Of a stretch of DNA of 64,000 bases, positions 24,715-37,900 are shown piece after piece (positions within the stretch are counted from its first letter, which is position 1; the number at the start of each line of letters is the position of its first letter). The position numbers were made by a program, and so were the translations under genes. Source of the DNA: Cenococcum geophilum (lineage: Eukaryota); NCBI GenBank assembly GCA_050273025.1, contig CP158635.1:25234001-25298000 (forward strand). Reading direction: 5' to 3'. The notes beneath the pieces are model-generated. The model did not search any database. It had not been told where the DNA came from and worked only from the letters and a program-made list of their open reading frames with translations.

Positions 24715-26915
24715 AGCGAAAATTTCGGTTTACCTATATTATTTAAACTTCGTTATATATACTCCCCCACTAACACACTATACATTATTTTCCTATCTTT
24801 ACTTTTATATCTTTGGACCCGATGTAATATAAGGGTCCACTTAGGACTTTCAGCACTATAGTTTATCTCGCCTTAAAGCAGGCGATATTAGATATTATCG
24901 CTACTAGTATAGGCTGTAGCCTTAAACGGAAACACGCCGGCTTAGATTTCAAAGACGCCTTTCCCTTAAGTTAGACCAAGTGACAAAAAGTAGCATTTAA
25001 CCCAGACATGAAGGTCTATATATTAGAGGACTAAAATAAGAGGAATAAGAAGGGCTTAGAGCTTATTTAAGAGGAGGTTTAATATAGTCTTAAGAAATAT
25101 ATCACGGGTAATAGCACTAGCTATAATGAGCTTAAATATCTCCTTACTACTAAACCTTCTTTAGATAACGCATTACCTATAAGTCTGCTTTATAAATATA
25201 TTATTATTCTTAACAGCTATATTAGTTTGCTAAATAAGAAATACTCTAGCCTTATTTACGTAATTCTAAATTATAACTGGCTTATACGCGATAAATTGTT
25301 TATTAAATTATATATACGTCTATTAGGTAGCTTAATATCTACATATAGAGGCTATGCTAGACTAGTACTTTAAATGCTTATAGATAATTTTGTAGAATAT
25401 AAATATTTTAAATCCTCTAGAAACACACGTCGCTAATATCGTTTTAGTACTATTTCTAGTTATCCAATATCTAGATAATCCTATAATATAACATCCTTAG
25501 CTCTAGTCTAGAGCTTATTAATGCCTTAAATACCTCTTTCGTTTTATCCCTTCTGCTAGCGGTTTACTTTCTTTCATTCTATCTTCCTTTTTTTCCTTCT
25601 TTACGGACACTATAAGGGCTTATATTAAATATATTTAAAACCTACTTAAACTTACTAAGTATATACCGGAGCTTAAAGGCAAGATTTTTGCTTTAATAGA
25701 GCGCCTTATTAAGATTAACGTCTAGATCTAGGTAGACATAGAGGATTTAGAGGAAGATATTAAGGAGAGTCTAGTCTAAAATATACTTTATAATAGCCAG
25801 AATAAAGATAATAATAGTAATAATATTATAGATATAAGCGATAATAGATCCATATTAAGTGAAGAGAGTTTAGCTAGTAATAAGAAGTATTTAAAGGATT
25901 TAAAAGAATCCGTGGGTAAGATAGACGCTATCCTTAACCTCCTTTTTAATTACTATCATTCTATCTTTATAAAAGGATCTATATTTAATATTAATAATAC
26001 CTTTAAGTATCTGCTCTCGCAATTCGCTAATACTATCCTACTAACCTACCGCTTACACCATACTTAATTTCTCCTATTTTACTTTGGTTAGTCTTCTCTT
26101 ACACTTATTAAGCGCTTTATAAAAGCCTATACATACCTTTCCTTTAATAAAACGCGCCCTTACATTATACGCCTGGCAGCCGTAGTATACCTTACTAGCT
26201 TTATAGCCCACAGTACTTATATTTCCGCTAAAGATGTCTATAATATATTTAATCTCCTTAGAAGCTATTTTAATAGCCTACGCTAAGCAAACAAATACGC
26301 ATATAAAGGCCCTAACCTCCGCCGCTACGGCGCCTACTACACTATCGCATAAGCTCTACTATATATATTCTACTTCCAGTAGCGCGACCTAATTATTAGC
26401 TCTAACGACGGCCTTAATAATAAGGATATTTTATTTAACGGGCGAGACCTACTCTAGGTCCTAGGGATTAAAGAAGTTATAACATAAAATATCTACTCAA
26501 AATTTAACCCGCTAAAAGTTTACTCCCCAACTATTATTACCTAGTTCGCCCGCATCGCCCATTACTTATACTTTATATATATCTTCCCGCTCCTTAAAAC
26601 TAATAAGCGCCTACGCCTCTCCCGCTTACTTAGCTTATTGTCTATATATAGGAACTTGCCTAAGCGCGAGACGGCGCTATTGGGCAAGCGCGGCGAGGTG
26701 GCGTTTTAGCTTAATACATATTTCCTATTTAACCCGTACCATCTACCATAGAGCAAGCGGTGGATTAAGGGTAATTATATTAAGTGGAAGAGCATCCTAG
26801 GCCTTAATAATAACAGGAGAGATAAGAATAAGGCAAGCGATTTGGACTTATAGGGCGAGGGGTTAGATAAAGAGCAGGAGTTTAAAGAGGAAACGGTAAC
26901 GGAGGTAAGTTTATA
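24715..26915 (+). pseudogene. RRN3: RNA polymerase I initiation factor RRN3 pseudogene
   Basis: De-RIPed GPDLRRYGAYYAIAQALLYIFCFRWRDL (~26308), NPLKVCSPTIVAQFARIAH (~26505), LDAYFPFDPYHLPQSKRWI (~26710), plus an acidic central tract. Start approximate. Confidence 0.88.
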
Positions 26916-27514
26916 AATAAGCTGGGTATACACTTCTGTCCATACCTTCTTTTATATATTGGTGTATTTATAGCATATACCTATTATCCTTTTTTTTAAT
27001 CTACCGTGTATTATTTATAGTGTTTAGGGAGGGGATTTATTTCTTTAGTGTTTTTTATATAACACGGCTTAGAATAGGGAACAAAAAGTATATAAATAAT
27101 TGCTGGCATTTTATGCTGGGGTATTAGGGCATTTTGCGCATTTAAAGGGTATTAGGACTAGCTAGCGCCCTATTATCTTATATTTAGTTTATAGGGGTTT
27201 AGATAATAAGATAATATAGATGTCTTTATTATCTGCCTAGACTGCTAGTAAGCTTTCTATTTATTAAAACAAGGATACTAAAGGGTAGAGTAGTGTAGTT
27301 ATTTATTAAATCTAACCTCCTGTCTATAGATACTTGCTCTATTATATATTTCTTAACCTATATCCCTCTTTACACCATTAAAAATTAAACTAAGATGGTA
27401 AAGATTATATCTCATTAGCATCCTAGGCTTAAAGGACGCTCGATAAATATATATACTGTTCAAAATATACACTACCTAGAGTACGTACACTATAACAATC
27501 TACCTATCCGATCG

Positions 27515-30500
27515 CCTACTCGCTCTTATCCTTATCCTTATCCTCCTCTATAACCCTCCTTATTTTCTTCCACAGCCGTATAGCCGGTTACTCCTCTTCC
27601 TCCTCTTCCTCTTCATTGTTATTTAGAATCTTATACACCTCTACCCACTTCCTAACCAGCATACTTATATTAGGCAACTCCTTATCCTCCTTATTACTAC
27701 TCTATAACCGCTACGGCATATAAAACGCCTTCTCCCGCACTATATCACCACCACTACTACTACCCCTACCTCTTTTAGTCCTAGTCCTAACCTCAACCCT
27801 AGCTCCTAAACTCCCATCCAGCGTCTCTAACCCCGGTAATAACGAGCTCACTACCGCCAGCGCCTCCTTATCATCAGCAATAAAATCTACTAGTTTGGAA
27901 TCCAACTCCTTATTATCCTTATCAGGCTCCGTGCCCTCAGTGTCTAAGCCTAGCGTAATAGCCTACGAGAGCACGCGCATACGCGGGTCCGTAGGCGGTG
28001 GGCTACTAGACACAGCTTTCTTAACCAGGTCAAAGACGCGGAAGGAGGCGTTGGCGTGGGGACGGCCGCAGGGGTAGGCGGGGGTAGTAGTTTGCCGGGG
28101 TTTGGCGCGGGGCTTAGGTTTAGGTTTAGGTTATTTACGGGCTGGTAGGGGAGAGGGAGAGAGGAAAGGAGAGGGGGGAGGCGCGGCGTCTGCATCTAAG
28201 GTGTTGGAGGCGATAATATTAGGGCCGGTGGTGGATAAGAGGTTAGAGAGGCGGAGGCTGCGCTTAAGCTCCTTAATACACACGGCGTCGGTTCTATATA
28301 TGCAGCAAAGTATCTTAACAATGGAGGTTGTAAGGCGGCTATTATAGGGAAAGGCTTCCGTCTGGGATAAGATAAGTTAGTAGGCTAGGTGCGCTACAAA
28401 GTTAAGGTTGTTAATAGTCGGTATATTATTATTATTAATAACGGTCTAGAAGCGGCGTTCTAGATCCTTAGCTTTAGTAGTGCTAAGGAGAACTATTTCT
28501 AGCGGTTCTAGGATAACTAGCTCTTTGCCTAGTAATTTAGGTACCAATTTCTCTACTACGCGCAGATAAGGGGCTTCCTCTTTAGCGTTATTATTATTTA
28601 TCCGCGACGCTGTAATAAAGCTAGTCCGCACACCGTCAGGTATATAGAATTTCTTTAGTAGGCGCTTAGGCGCTTTATAGCCCTTTCTTTTTAGCTCTAG
28701 AAGCTTAAGCTAAGAGTTCTTAAGTAGAATTTTAATATAGCGTTTATCTACCACTAGCTAGATCTCCTTTAGGATAATTCTTTATAAGTAGTTATTATAG
28801 AACGTAAATCTAGATTTATTCGCAATTATCTCCTATATCTTCTTATAGTTATCCTTAGCTTTAGTTATATTATTCTCTTCCTTACCCTTTATTTATAGAA
28901 GAATGATTTTACTAGCTCACTTTTGTCCTATTTAGCCTATACGCTATAGTATACAAATTAGAGATACCTTTAAGTTGTAATAAATAATAAGGTTAACTTT
29001 GCTAATATCTAAGCCTTCTTCTTTAATGGATGTAGCTATAAGTATATTATATACGCCAGTTCTAAATTTCTTAATAATATCTAGTTATCTCTTCTAATTT
29101 ATACCTTTTAAGTTTTTTAAGGCAGTCTACCTAATAAAGACGTGCGGTCAAATCATCGGTTTATTACACTTTAGAACGTATATAATTTCCTTAGCACTAT
29201 CTCTAAAGTGCGTAAAAATTATAATATAAGTGTTTAAAGGCGGTTAACCTTCCAGGCCCCTCCCCTTACTATAATTAATAAAGTGGCTAAGAATAACCTC
29301 TTAGAGGAAATCTAGCTTCGGATAGCTAATAAAATAGTTGTTATTAACCTAGGTATAAAGCCTAACCATTAACTTCTAGAAATGCTTGCTTTAACTAATT
29401 TCCTTTTTATACTTAGACTTTCCATTCTTATCTAGAGAATTTCTAAAATTAAGGAGGCCTTAGTAGAATAGGCCAATGCTATAATATTTTAATAACTCTA
29501 TGCTATACACTAGACTTATAAGGATAGTAAAAATGTTATTAACTATACCCTTAACACCAAAGTGCGCTCTTCTACCTATATTAGAACTTATCTACTATAC
29601 GCGAGCTTTAGTATATCTATAAGGCGTTAAGGAAATAGGATCTCTACTTTAGTACGCATTTATTCCAATTAGCTTATTAAGAATAGGCTGCACTGCTTTT
29701 AAGTAGAGCTTTATAGACATTTCTATCTCCTCTAAATTCTTAAAGATATACTTCTTAATCTTTCTGCTATATATATAATTGCGGATATTAAGAGACTGCT
29801 TAGTCTTAATCTCTACCTATAATATGTCTAGCCTATTAATGACTTTCTAAACTAACTCTATATCTAAGCTAGGCGTAGCTATAAGCGCAAGCACATAAAA
29901 ACTCTTATTAAAGCGGTAAATAAACTTTACTACTTTTATATACGTATAGGCACCGGTCGCTTAATACACTTTATTAACAACCAATAACACAATTTTCTTA
30001 GGATTATAGATACCGGTCTTTAGGTTATTTAAGATTGTCTATAAAGTTATAAAGAACACTCTTTTACTCGCCTAATCTTCCGCTCTTAGTCTAGGGCTAA
30101 TACCACCTATAAGTATAGAAGTTTATAAATGTGGTATACCAGCTATACCAAAATAGGCCTTAACCTGCTGTAAAATTAGAGGTTTAGTAGGTGCAACGAA
30201 GACTATTTATACTTCTTTTATCTAGTAAAACTAATTAAGCATAATAGTGGCTGCGATAAAGGTCTTCCTTAGACCTATAGGTAATGCAACTAAAAGATTA
30301 TAAAAAAGGCCACGCGCGACAATATTAAATTAATAGTCTTATATTGTGCTAAGATTAGTTAAATAAACCTACGTTTTTATAGTATTAGTATTAAGCTTAT
30401 AATATATAGGAGGCTTAATTTTTTAAAAAGCTAGGAAATTAAGACGCTTGTTAACTTAGGAAGCTAGAAAAGGTTATATTCTATCTCGCCCAAATAGAGT

Positions 30501-31613
30501 CATTTAATAAAGTCCTATTTATAGCGCTATAATATAGCTACGCCTAGCTTAAGATACTTAAGAAGAGAGAAAAATAATATTATCTGGCTACTTCTGGGGA
30601 GAAGATAAAGATAAAGTAAATATATTAGATGGTAGATCTATAAGCTTATAAGCGGTATTAAGCGGTATTAAATCTCTATAAGGATTTAGTGCTATTATCT
30701 AAGAGTATTACAGGGAGATATACGTGTTTATTAAAAGGGCTAGTATTTTACTATTTCTATTAAAAGTTATAAAGCTGTTTTCTTTAACTAGTAAGGAGTA
30801 ATCTTTATTAAAGCTCTTAAAGGATTGGCTAAGAGTTAGTAGGGGTTACTAAGGCGGACATTTATAGCTAGTACTATTAGCTAAGGACTTTAATCCCCTA
30901 ATTAAGAAGCTAATAGTATCTATACTACTAGTTGGCGGCGTAAGTCTCTTCTACTATATTAAACCTCTTAGTCTTTTAGGACTAGAGCTAAGACCTAGGG
31001 GTTACGTGCAGTATGCATTTATTGGCTTAATAGTAGTGGATAAGATATAGGTCTTGCGTTTAGGCTTCTTAAACTATTTCTATACTAGTGATTCTAAATC
31101 TTTATCTAACGCGCTATTTTCTTTCCCTTTAGCTTTATACCTCTTTCTACTCTTATTAGTAGAGCTAATAGATGTGGTGGAAGTTAATTAACCAAGCTTA
31201 AGATCCGTTAAAGAATGGCCTTACTTCCTCCCTCTTCGCCGTTAGGAAGTGAGACTGGTTATAGCTAGTAGAAGGTTAAATGCTTTTTCTTCTTCTTCTT
31301 CTTCTAAGCTGCGGTGACTTGATCTAGCAGTATTAATTTGCTTAAAAGTCCTATATTTAGTGGCTTAAGGCGCTAGGTTAGAGGCCTCGTTATTATCTAA
31401 TATTATTATTTGTTAATAAGCTCCCTTTTTAGCTGCTTTTCTTAGTGGAACATTACTGCTATTATCTTTAATATCGTCATGTTGGTTGTAATATAGCCGT
31501 CTCCACTTCTAAGGTCGTGGTGACGGTAGGAATAAAGTAGTACCCCTCTCAACCTAGGTGGCGACCTCTAGAATCTCGTCATCAAAGTCACCATAGTCAT
31601 CACTATCGACTAT
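27515..31613 (-). pseudogene. MPH1: FANCM/Mph1 DEAH DNA helicase pseudogene
   Basis: De-RIPed [43 protein letters not shown] (~30380-30250), VLLVVDEAHRATGAYAY (~29990), LALTATPS (~29890), ATSIEEEGLDI (~29035). Acidic C-terminus includes ORF 27711-27905. Confidence 0.9.
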
Positions 31614-31712
31614 TCTACCCGTCAGTGCATTAAAAGCATAGGCAGGGTAGGGCTGGGTAGGCGTGAAATAGATGGTGATGTCAAAAGCGCCAGTTACAAT
31701 AATCAATCTTAA

Positions 31713-31725
31713 ACGCGTGACGCGC
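31713..31725. promoter_or_regulatory. Tandem MCB-like boxes (ACGCGT GACGCGC) ~100 bp upstream of MPH1
   Basis: ACGCGT followed by ACGCGC directly upstream of a DNA-repair gene start. MCB elements are typical of MBF-regulated fungal replication and repair genes. Confidence 0.5.
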
Positions 31726-32129
31726 GGTTTAAGGTTTACCGAATAAGGTTCGATAAAGGTTTAGGCGCTAGGCCGGGGTAATTTCCCCACAAAGCTGTAC
31801 GCGATCGCCTTATCCTACTAATTTTTTTTTTCTTTTAGACTGTTTAGCAAATATAAGCGCCTAATTTCTCCCCTAATTTCTAAATAAAAGTAGGTTTATC
31901 GCGCCTGCCCGCTATCTGCCCTTTCCTTAGTCTCCTTATAGCTATAGCAGCGTAATTTATAACACTCGCTTTATAAACCCTTAGTTTCTTTTTTTTTCTT
32001 TTTCTAATACTTATTATCTACTGTATTTATTAGCTTAAGCATTACTATTACTTACTTATAATAATTAAATAGAATCGCCTAATATAACACGTCCTAATGA
32101 AAAATTTCTTTTTGCAAATTCTAATTAAA

Positions 32130-32793
32130 ATAAAATACTTAATTGTCCTCCTATCTCTCCTCTCCACCGCCTTCGCCACTCTTTAAGCCACGTCATCTAC
32201 TATTACCTCTGCCGCGTTTGTTATTAGCGCTAGCCTTACACCCGCCTAGACCTATATTACTAGCCATTTAGCCAGCGATATAAACTACTAGGCCGCCTAT
32301 ATTGGCGCCGTATACTTTAACTTATTCTAGGTTAACTAAACAACTAAATATGCTATAAATTATAATTAAGGTAATAGCTCCCCTGCTGTGACTAAAAAGT
32401 ATAGCTAGTGTGTATAAGCTTATATTTCTAGCTACTTCCCTATTAGCTAGACCGTAGCTGCCGCTCTAGCTAGATTAGGTATTATATTCTCTACGGCTTC
32501 TAGTAAGTTATTGGATTTTTTATAATAAATACAGTAATTCTTATACCTTAATCTCAATAGTACTCGATATTACTATCTATATTAATCTAGAAAGCGATAT
32601 ACTAATAAACCTTCTTATAGGTGCCGCCTAGACTGGCTCCATAACTAGTACTTAAGCAACTAGCTCCGCTACTAGCTTAGCTACTAGTACTGCTGCCTCG
32701 GCCTCCTAGACGGGCGCAGCTGCCCTTAATACCTAAGTGGGTACTTCGGCCGCTGGTCTTGCCGGTCTCTTTATAGCTATCTTTATTTTATAA
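32130..32793 (+). pseudogene. Secreted Cys-containing, Ser/Thr-rich GPI-anchored protein pseudogene
   Basis: De-RIPed signal peptide MKYSIVLLSLLSTAFA, Cys motif C..SC.ASDVNCQAAC...ECAMNCDQGDGS...YGQCVQACISSYFP, one intron, S/T/A-rich tail and hydrophobic C-terminus (AGLAGLFMAIFIL*). Confidence 0.75.
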
Positions 32794-33339
32794 GCGGCTT
32801 TATAAGCGCTTCCACATTATATAAATAGGTTTTAGGAGTTTTCTTAGATAAGGTATAGTTTTTTAAGGCGGATTAGATTTGGGCGGATAATAGTTAATAA
32901 TAATCCGGGAGCATGGAGAGAGGGGTTAATTAGGGGATAATTTTACTTAGTAAGGAAGGGTTTTATAGTAGAGAGAGAAGGTATTATTTTATTTAGTTAT
33001 ACTTATACTTATACTGTGCTTAATAGTATTATATTCTTATACACTAGCGGAAAGAAAATAAAGTGCGGCTAAAAGTTTATGTAATTACGCCGAGTACCCC
33101 TTTATCTAACCGCTGCTCTTATAATATTCTAAGGTTTCTAGAAATTTGACGCTTTAATTAGAAGGGATATTTACCTTTATTAGATCTAGCTGTCTGCTTA
33201 AAGTATATAATAACTAGCCTGTAGTAATTTATAAGTTACTATAAATAGTAAATAGTATCTAGGCTAAAGCGCTAGAGTAGAGTAGTAGGCAATATAATAT
33301 AAATCAATATTGGCGCTAGCGAACGCTATTGGTATATAT

Positions 33340-36300
33340 TAACTTCGCACTAAGCCTATATCTTTTTGCTTGGGTGCTTTAAATCTAAAATCCCTAAATT
33401 ATCTAAATAGCCCACCCTTAAATTGTAAAAGGTAATGGTTTTAATACTAAATTGCGATATCTAGAAAGGAATAACTAGGAGCGTTAATTCTATTTATAAA
33501 TCGCGTAAACACTTTAAAGGACTTTGGCGTATACCTATGTGTTTAGCTCTATAGTATTAGGATAGCGCTAAACTTAAGCTATGTTGTAAATGTGGTATTA
33601 GCCCTGCTAGAAAGCATTTAAATTTTTTTTATAAAGTTTAAGGAGTTAAAAATTAGGTCCCCGCTCCTGCGGTTTTTATAGGTATATTTTTCCCTAAATA
33701 AATATACAATTTATTAAGAGTAGGATATATCTATACCTACGCAGCCATTTCCTAGACATGTTAAGCTTAGCACTATTAGTATTAGTAAGTAGCTAATGTA
33801 TATCTTACCTATCTACCTTCTGCGGAAGCGGTAAATTTAAACGTAAAGCGGAATACTAGGACTTCCGTTATAAGTATAAAGTTAAGTAAGGGTGCGCTAA
33901 GTAATAGAGGTAAGTTAGCGGTGTCTGCTGTAAAATATAAGTTAAAGTGGCTTCGGAATGCAGTAGTAGGAGTTAGCGTTGCTATACTAGTGCTAAGTAT
34001 TAATATAGAGGAAGCTAAAAAAGGTATTGCCTTACGGGGACTAATAAGACCGAAGCTTACAGTTTAGATAATGTGTATTAGTGTCTGTATAAGTAGAGGT
34101 TGTAAATTGTATTACGCGCAGAGCGTATGCGGTAGGGGCCGTATAGTGTAGCGTAGGTTACCTAACCGCCTACGGCCCGATAGATAGTCCGACCTTTACT
34201 ACCCCTTTCTTTCTCTTTTGGTAGACGACGACAGACACGAATGAAATAAAGAACCTATTACCTTATATTGCAATTGTAGTACCCCCAGGTAATACCGATA
34301 CTAATTAGTAATATCACAGATCAGAATCCGGTGTTATTACGAAGAGAGACAATACGCGATCGCTCCTACCAAGGCCCGTCGATCTTGTCGCGTTTGCTAA
34401 GGAGAACCCTTTCTACTAAGGCCCTGGGAACTTAAAGAACTGGCTCCTACTAAGGCTTCGTCCGGTTTGCGTCTATCACGCAAATCAATACCCAGTATAA
34501 CCTCTTTACTGAACGCCAGTACACCTAGCAGCGTCAGCAGCACCCCTACCTACACCACGATCTACGCTAGTCAATTATGTCCGATATAGGAATTTAATGT
34601 CCGGACTAGGGCAACGGGATTACCCTAACCAATAAGACTACTGTAAAAGATATCACCAACTATATTAACTTTAAAATTAATAAGTATACTAAGCGCAACT
34701 TTAAGAATAAAAGCTTATGGGAATTATATTAAGAGGACTTTAATAATTTCGAGGTATAGATATTTAAGGACGCTCACAGGTCCGCAATTAAGAAACTTAA
34801 ATAACTACTCTAACGTAATGGAGTATGGGTCTTTAATAAGAAGAGCAAGTTAGTACTATAAGCACTATATAATGTCGCCCACAAGGACAACCCTACGGAA
34901 TGGTCAGATAAAGAGATTAAGCTATATATTAACAACAAAGGACCCTTTAATTCGTATGTTATCAACTGTCGTCTTAAATCACGTTCATCAACTCCCTTAA
35001 CATTATCTACTACCCTAACCCTAGCTGTCTTAAATAACCCTCCCCCTACGGCCGAGCCCCCTCTTGCCTATAAACGTCACGGCTCCCTCTACAAACATCA
35101 CGGCTCCCCCTACGAACGTCATAGCTCCCCCTATAAAAGTCACAGCCGCCGTCAACTATAGTAGAGACTTAGCAACCCTGGTAAAGATATATATAGAGGA
35201 AAGCAAATATAGCGGAGAGGATAACAACTTCGACCGCAAGCTTATAATTTTTAACGACCTTTATAACAATGTTGGTATACCGTAAGAGGCAAAGATTAAA
35301 GGCTTTCCAATAATGCTATATAGTATTGCTCTTAACTTCTACTATAAAAACAAGGTAACCTATACTACCTTTAACAGCATTTATAACGCTATATGTAACT
35401 ACTTTAAAGGACCAGAATATAAGCGTAGAGTTCTAACAAAGTGGAATGTTATAACTCTTAAGACAGTAATAATAAAGAGCGAGGGCAAGTCTATAGAGGA
35501 CTGCCTACAGCTACTGCTTAATAACCTCCGTTATTTACAGTATGGTCTTAACGCTAACCTCCGTAATGACGATTTCCTACATAATAAGCTCATCGTCGCT
35601 TATTAAAACGTCGCTGCTTGCTAGGTAGCTTGCTTAAACCCGCCTACTATACTTACTGGCCTTATAAACAGCCTACGATTATTAATTATCACTTATAAGA
35701 AGATCTACGGTACTATAGGACAACCTACTAATGTGTTCTTACAGCCTACAGAACAGCCTATGGACGTATTCTTTACTAACTATCGCTACTACCAACCGAT
35801 ATCCCAACCAAGTTCATCAAATAATTGTTACGGCAATAATACTAGGACGTACTTCGAGTGTAAGAAAGGAAACTGTTGGTTAACTAAGTATACTAAAGAA
35901 GAATGTGACGAAGCAAGAGAAGGATTTAAGAGATGTATCCACCAGTACCTTGCGGATAACGATATTGATAATGATTTTAATAAGGATATAACGGCTATAG
36001 CACTTAATACATCAACTCCTAGCAGCAATTTCTTCTATAATAACTATAGTGTTAAGCACTTTATAACTTCAAATAGGCTAATACTAATTGAAACTGCTAA
36101 GAATATAGTCACGTCTATAAATAACAATGCCTTTATCTACGGCCTCACTGGTAGTACGGAACCTAGTAGTACGGAACCTAGTATAGCAAGACGTAATAAT
36201 AAGGGCAAAAACGCTACCTACTTCTGCGATGACGATAACGACGTTAATATAGAGAACCTCACTATTGACATCAACTTCCTTAACTATTATTTCGACGACG

Positions 36301-37900
36301 ACGGATAGGACTTAGCCCTTCCACCTATTTTACCCTATAGTCTGTAACAGCTCTATAACTCTTATACCTTCTAAAGCCGCCATACCTTCGGTTCTAACTT
36401 TAACTACGCTCTGTTACGGGATACCTTAGTAATACCTTATACGCGCCTACCTATCTTCTATAATATCCGAATGTTTATAATATCCGTAATATCCGCAATA
36501 TCCGTAGCGATATCCGCAATATCCGTAGCGATATCCGCAACGTCTGTAATATCCGTAATATTCGCAATACCTAAGATATTCGCGATTACTGCCCTAAGCA
36601 CCTGTTGACCTATATACTTCTCCTTTATACTTTCTTACCTTCTTTCCTTTTTATAAATGTCGCCAGTGTCTATATAAGTAGAGGTTATAAATTGTATTAC
36701 GCGCAGAGCGTATACGGCAGGGGCTATATAGCGTAGCGTAGGTTACCTAACCACCTACGGCCCGATAGATAGTCCGACCTTTACTACCCCTTTCTTTCTC
36801 TTTTAGTAGACAATGATAGACACGAATGAAACAAAGAACCTGTTACCTTATATTGCAATTACAGTACCCCTAGGTAATACCGACAATTAGATTTTAGTAT
36901 ATTATAGTTTTAAAGTATAAGTTAAAAGATTATAAACCCGTAGAATATATAAGTTAAAGTTCTATTTCTTTATATTAATAAAGCTTAAGATATTCTAGGA
37001 GCTATATAATATTATTACTACGTATACTAAGCTTATTGCGGAAATAGAGCCGAAATTAGTAATAAAATTGGCTTATTAGAGAAAAATATACTATTTAACG
37101 TTTAAGTGAATTAAAGCATGCTAAAATTAACTAAAATTAGGATTAAAGGATTTCCTAAACTCTAATGTGGCAGACTATAAGTCCTAGAAATTTAAGTAAT
37201 AGATATCCTTGCTAAAGTACAAACATTTCCTAATCTTTTAGTTTAATGGGTTTTTTAAGTAAACTCTCCTACTAAGAATAATATTTTTGCTGTTAATAAA
37301 GCTAGTGTGTAAATAGTCTTTAAATTCCCCTACCTATTATTATTATGGTATAGACTGTAGTTAGTATTTTAACCTTAACAAATTAGTAGTTAGGCTGTAA
37401 CTTAAGTAGTTTTATTATAGACTGGGGTCCTATTTTATAGGATAAATTGGTATAAGTAGTACTATATTTCTATATGCCTAAAAACTTAGATATAGTGCGG
37501 AGGAAGTATAATTAGTGCGAATATATTAAATGGTAAATTTAATAAAAGCTCTGTAATATATTATAAATTTTGTTAAGATATTACTTAGAATATAGTAGTA
37601 ATTTTATTCGCTAACGCCTAAGGATTTAACTCTACTATTAAAACTTAAGCCTTCTAGAAAGCTAAGTTAGGGATTATAGAATTACTAAAAGAGTTTAGTT
37701 AAAATTAAGCATAATAAAAAGCTGTTGTAGAGAGGAAATTTAAAAGGATATATTAGAAAAAGACTTTTTAAATAAGAGTATAAATAGATAAATCTAACTT
37801 GTATAGCTATATTATATAAGCAAACATAATTAAAGATATTAAAGTTGCTGCGCTAGAAGAACCAGGATTAATATGCTAAAACTTTAATTTAGTATATTAT
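33340..37900 (-). pseudogene. Probable RIPed gene of unknown function, interrupted by the second Copia
   Basis: Long codon-like minus-strand stretches whose stops are mostly RIP-type TAA/TAG, on both sides of the 34082-36885 insertion. No motif recognised. Confidence 0.3.
34082..36885 (+). mobile_element. Internally deleted, gag-only GalEa-like Copia element
   Basis: 219-bp LTRs at 34082-34300 and 36667-36885 (TGTC...CGACA), TSD ATTAG (34077-34081 / 36886-36890), and CTAATTAGT after the 5' LTR. Gag remnants (ORFs 35064-36308: KYSGEDNNFDRKLIIFNDL, zinc-knuckle-like FECKKGNCW). No recognisable pol. Confidence 0.9.

Noticed and set aside
27895..28631. Several Pro/Gly-rich ORFs on both strands
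   Set aside because: Fragments or shadows of the low-complexity C-terminus of the MPH1 pseudogene.
36460..36570. Short repeat array resembling CRISPR
   Set aside because: 9-bp tandem minisatellite without unique spacers, inside a fungal retroelement.
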